Assembly (NCBI GenBank): GCA_951406725.2
Contig: OX597819.1
Location: 129,270,001-129,334,000, forward strand
From: Octopus vulgaris
Lineage: Eukaryota
Reading direction: 5' to 3'
Length of the DNA stretch: 64,000 nt
This document shows, piece by piece, positions 56,116-64,000 of the stretch. The position numbers were made by a program, and so were the translations under genes. Numbering within the stretch: position 1 is the first letter of the stretch; the number at the start of each line of letters is the position of its first letter. Under the pieces are notes generated by a model that was not told where the DNA came from, did no database searches, and saw nothing but the letters and a program-made list of their open reading frames with translations.

Positions 56116-56247
56116 GTCCTGTAACATGTTATAAATGCATGGGAACTATGGTGAACAGTTCTTGTGCCGATCCGGTGAACGTAAACAACATCTCTATGAA
56201 AGAATGTCCACAAGGATTGTGTATAAAATGGACGAGAAAGCTCGGTG
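56116..56247 (+). CDS. Internal coding exon of a Ly6/uPAR (LU, three-finger) protein, Quiver/Sleepless-like; N-terminal half of the domain
   Basis: Polypyrimidine tract + ttcag acceptor (AG 56114-56115) and G|gtaagt donor (56248). 132 nt, phase 1 at both ends. Translates xPVTCYKCMGTMVNSSCADPVNVNNISMKECPQGLCIKWTRKLG: CYxC start typical of LU domains, 5 Cys, N-glycosylation sequons NSS and NIS. Confidence 0.92.
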
Positions 56248-57269
56248 GTAAGTAAATAGTTCATCTACCTGAAACACAAATTCATGTCTTTAAATTCAGC
56301 CACCCCTATCCAACATAAAATATTATTCCTTACAAGTGACAGAAACAGTATTGGTTCAAAATAGCAATCTACGTAACATACTTAAAGCAGATACATTGTT
56401 GAAAGCCTGCTAAACTACGGTATTCGTTTCCAAATATCATCTCTTATAGACGTATAATGTTAAAAAGAAGACTCAGGAATATATCAATAGCAGTGTGGTA
56501 TTGCTAATTACATATTTCTTTCTCACCTAGCTTCGTCAGTAGCAAGTATTCACTGACAGCCGCATGCTAAGACACAATCAGCTGCTATAGATATAATAAA
56601 ACAAAAAAATCAGCAAAGTCGCAACTGGCCGGCAGGCTCAGTTAAAATTCGTTATGAGATACGAAAGCAGTATTAGTTTAAAATAGCAATCTGTGTATCA
56701 TACTTAAAAGGAATACATCAGTAAAAGCCTTCAAAACTGCACTATTCCTCTCGAGATAGCACCTCTTGTAGACGTACAATGTTAAAATACTACACCCTAT
56801 TGTGTTTTTTATCTCTTTTTTATTACTTAATTCAGTGGTTTACAACATTTTGTAATTCAACACTTCCTGCACTGAATGGCTTTTTATGTTTTCAGAATAA
56901 AAATCAGATTACTTTAAGCATACAGCTAATTTTGCGGTGATTTCTTATCCATATTTACTTATATTATTCCATGCAACATAAGTTTTTTTTAAATATTTGC
57001 GTGTACTAGTGCCCCCTAAGATGAACTTTTGATGTCCCGTACTAAAGAGGGCGAGGACTTATATAATAAAATTATATTGACTTTGATGCATCGTCAGTCA
57101 TGCTTCTATTCGTGATAAACAATGTTCTATCCCGACAAAGACTTTTTAAACGTGATTGCTATATTTCTTAGAAAAAAATCACAATCATACAAGGGCTACT
57201 ACCATCCAAGGACTACTACCATTCTGGTTAAGAATCACTGAGTTGATCGGATGAGGAAGGGCAACAACC

Positions 57270-57521
57270 AACACTGAGAGCATCGACGGATGGATGAATG
57301 CGCATCCAGGCTCAGCGGTTGCGTAGGAAGTCGGAGACGAGAAACAGGAAGAAAGAGTGAGAGAAAGTTGGAGCGAAAGAGTACAACAGGGGTCGCCACC
57401 ACCTCCTGCCGGAGCCTCGTATAGCTTTAGGTGATTTCGCTGAATAAACACACACAACGCCCGGTCTGGGAATCGAAACCGCGAGTCCGCTGCCCTAACC
57501 ACTGGGCCATTGCGCCTCCAC
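57270..57521 (-). mobile_element. SINE family A, truncated, in the last Ly6 intron
   Basis: Matches about 983-1245 with a small deletion. Confidence 0.82.
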
Positions 57522-58217
57522 TCCTGTTGCTGCTGTTATTGCTGGTATTGGTAACGTTTGTATTATAGATGTAAATGCTGTTGTCGTTGTTACAATCGCC
57601 TGTTTTTCCATCACTGCTACTGGTGGTAGTCAAGCCGGAGATGTTTGAGTTATGCTAATAGGAATCATCGCTATTCAGTCTTTGGACTGTCTCTGTAAGA
57701 AGAATCCCACGACTTCATATGGTTGCGTTTCTAACCATTATTTTCAACGTTAAAATTTACGATATAGTGAAAGTTTTGTCGTACGAAAAATGTCCCTTAG
57801 GACCCACGCATAGGACTCCTCTTCAGACAGTAAAGTAGGGGGTTCTCCCCCACCAAAGAAAAATTAAACTAAAAAACATAGTATCATCAAAAACAACATA
57901 ATCATTTTAACGTTTAACGGGATTTATTGAGGCAGATATATAGGCGTAGGGCCTGAAATTTGGGGAAAGGGACTGGTCGTTACAGCGACCCCATTCAACT
58001 GGTTCTTATTTTATTGATGCCGAAAGGATGTGAGGCAAAGTCGGCCTCGGTGAAATAATAATAAGAATAATAATAATAATAATGAGAAGAAGAAGAAGAA
58101 GAAGAAGAAGAAGAAGAAGAAGAAGAAGAAGAAGAAGAAGAAGAATGATAATAATAATAATAATGATAAAGATAATAATAATGATAATAATAATGATAAT
58201 AATAATAATGATAATAA

Positions 58218-59005
58218 AATGCCCTGATGCAGTACCAGGCAGTGGCTCTCATGGCTTCTGATCTTAACTGATTGGAAGTGTTATCATGTACATTGTTTTG
58301 TCTTGGTATAAAAGATGGGCTACAGCAAATATTCTGCTCAATACCACAGATTTGCTTGTCAGTTGTTTGGCCTTAACCAGTTGAGCATGTCCCTTAGTGG
58401 CTGACGATATGTGCATCTCTGATCACGAGCAGAAGTAGTGGGGGAGATAATGCCCTGATGCAGTACCAGGCAGTGGCTCTCATGGCTTCTGATCTTAACT
58501 GATTGGAAGTGTTATCATGTACATTGTTTTGTCTTGGTATAAAAGATGGGCTACAGCAAATATTCTGCTCAATACCACAGATTTGCTTGTCAGTTGTTTG
58601 GCCTTAACCAGTTGAGCATGTCCCTTAGTGGCTGACGATATGTGCATCTCTGATCACGAGCAGAAGTAGTGGGGGAGCATCATGGCCATGTGTTGAGAGG
58701 GATTCTTTGGGGTTTGAATAATTCACCTCTGGAAACATAAGTGTTTCGTTCAACATCCTAAAGCAACCCTTATTCAGGGACCTTTTGAGCAGGATGGGTT
58801 ACTCAACCTGAAGAAAATTCTAACTGGGCTCCACCTGCAAGGTCATGTGCTGTTTATCTTGATATGAGATCACCATGTCGCGCACATATGGTTGTGATGC
58901 ATGTGCCTGGTGTACCTTTATCAGACGGGTAGTCATGATGGGTATATTGGGCTTCGTATATTTTACCCCAGTGTCACTTTGATGGCATGAACTGCTCTCT
59001 CACTC
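58218..59005. mobile_element. Unclassified (TAA)n-embedded interspersed repeat with internal 231-bp tandem duplication
   Basis: Flanked by (TAA/TGA)n; 58218-58446 is repeated at 58449-58677; a diverged second copy lies at 59200-59667. Confidence 0.7.
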
Positions 59006-59150
59006 AATAATAATAATGATAATAATAATGATAATAATAATAATGATAATAATAATGATAATAATAATAATAATGGTAATAATGATAATAATAATGATAA
59101 TAATGATAATGATGATAATAATAACAATAATAATAATAATAATAATAATG

Positions 59151-59198
<48 letters not shown>

Positions 59199-59199
59199 T

Positions 59200-59667
59200 A
59201 GCTTCTCATCTTAACTCATTGAAAGTGTTATCGTGTGCATATCTTGGTATAAAAGATGGGCTACAGCAAATATTCTGCGCAATACCACAGATTTACTTGT
59301 CAGTTGCTCGACCTTAACCTGTTAAGCATGTCCCTTAATGGTTAACAGTATGTGCATTTCTGATCACGAGTAGAAATAGTTGTGGTGGGCATCATAGCCA
59401 TGTGTTGAGAAGGATTCTTTGAGGCTTGAATAATTCGTGACTTTTTGAGCAGGATGGGCTACTCGACCTGAAGAAAATTCTAACTGGGCCCCACCTGCAA
59501 GGTCATGCGCTGTTAATCTTGGTATGAGATCACCATGTCGCGCATATATGGTTGTGGGGCATGTGCTTGATGTACCCTTATCAGACGGGTAGTCATGATG
59601 AGTATACTGGGCTTTGTATATTTTACCCCAGTGTCACTTTGATGGCATGCACTACTCACTCACTCAA
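59200..59667. mobile_element. Second, older, internally deleted copy of the (TAA)n-embedded repeat
   Basis: Colinear with about 58485-59005 (aaagatgggctacagcaaatattctg...cccagtgtcactttgatggcatg). Ends ~75 bp before the last Ly6 exon acceptor. Confidence 0.7.
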
Positions 59668-59743
59668 TAATAATAATAATAATAACTTTGACTAAATTTG
59701 CTAATGTTTTTTTTTTTTCTGTTTTTCTATCTATTTTTCACAG

Positions 59744-59967
59744 GAATTTGGTATATGGAAAGAACGTGCTCAGATGATCTTACAATCTACATCAGCCTAA
59801 TAGACCGTGTGTGTCGGACGGAGCGAAATGGAAATGGTTATTTATGTATGTGTGGCAAACATTTATGCAACGCAGCTAACTCTCCAGCCACAGAATCTCT
59901 GTACATCAAAACGATTGCAGTTACAGCTGTTTCGTTAATATTCATGGTGCTGCAATTAATATTATGA
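59744..59967 (+). CDS. Terminal coding exon of the Ly6/uPAR Quiver-like protein, with GPI-anchor-type C-terminus
   Basis: Long T-tract + cacag acceptor; the phase 1 join (G+GA=Gly) is in frame with the upstream exon. Translates GIWYMERTCSDDLTIYISLIDRVCRTERNGNGYLCMCGKHLCNAANSPATESLYIKTIAVTAVSLIFMVLQLIL*. CxCxxxxCN closes the domain (10 Cys in total), followed by small residues (NAA) and a hydrophobic tail. Confidence 0.93.
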
Positions 59968-63982
<4,015 letters not shown>

Positions 63983-64000
63983 CGTATGGCATGTATTAAT

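Overview
AT-rich, repeat-saturated eukaryotic DNA with extreme (TA)n/(CA)n/(TATG)n/(GATA)n/(TAA)n density and tRNA-derived SINEs. It most resembles an octopus (coleoid cephalopod) genome; this is inferred from repeat character, not proven. Nearly all ORFs in the supplied track are microsatellite read-throughs. One host gene is well supported: a + strand, intron-split, 10-cysteine Ly6/uPAR (three-finger, Quiver/Sleepless-like) GPI-anchor-type protein, with exons at 56116-56247 and 59744-59967; its signal-peptide exon is uncertain. The rest is mobile-element debris: a decayed full-length mariner, mariner MITEs, a Tc1 fragment, CR1-group/RTE/Dong-like LINE pieces, a Penelope GIY-YIG remnant and several SINE families. 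The most interesting signals are: (i) several minimal type I hammerhead ribozyme motifs, one inside a 288-bp direct-repeat unit (retrozyme-like); (ii) near-perfect foldback inverted repeats beside or between (TA)n tracts; (iii) a SINE that multimerises as precise ~184-bp units with a self-complementary junction; (iv) two isolated RNA-hairpin candidates.
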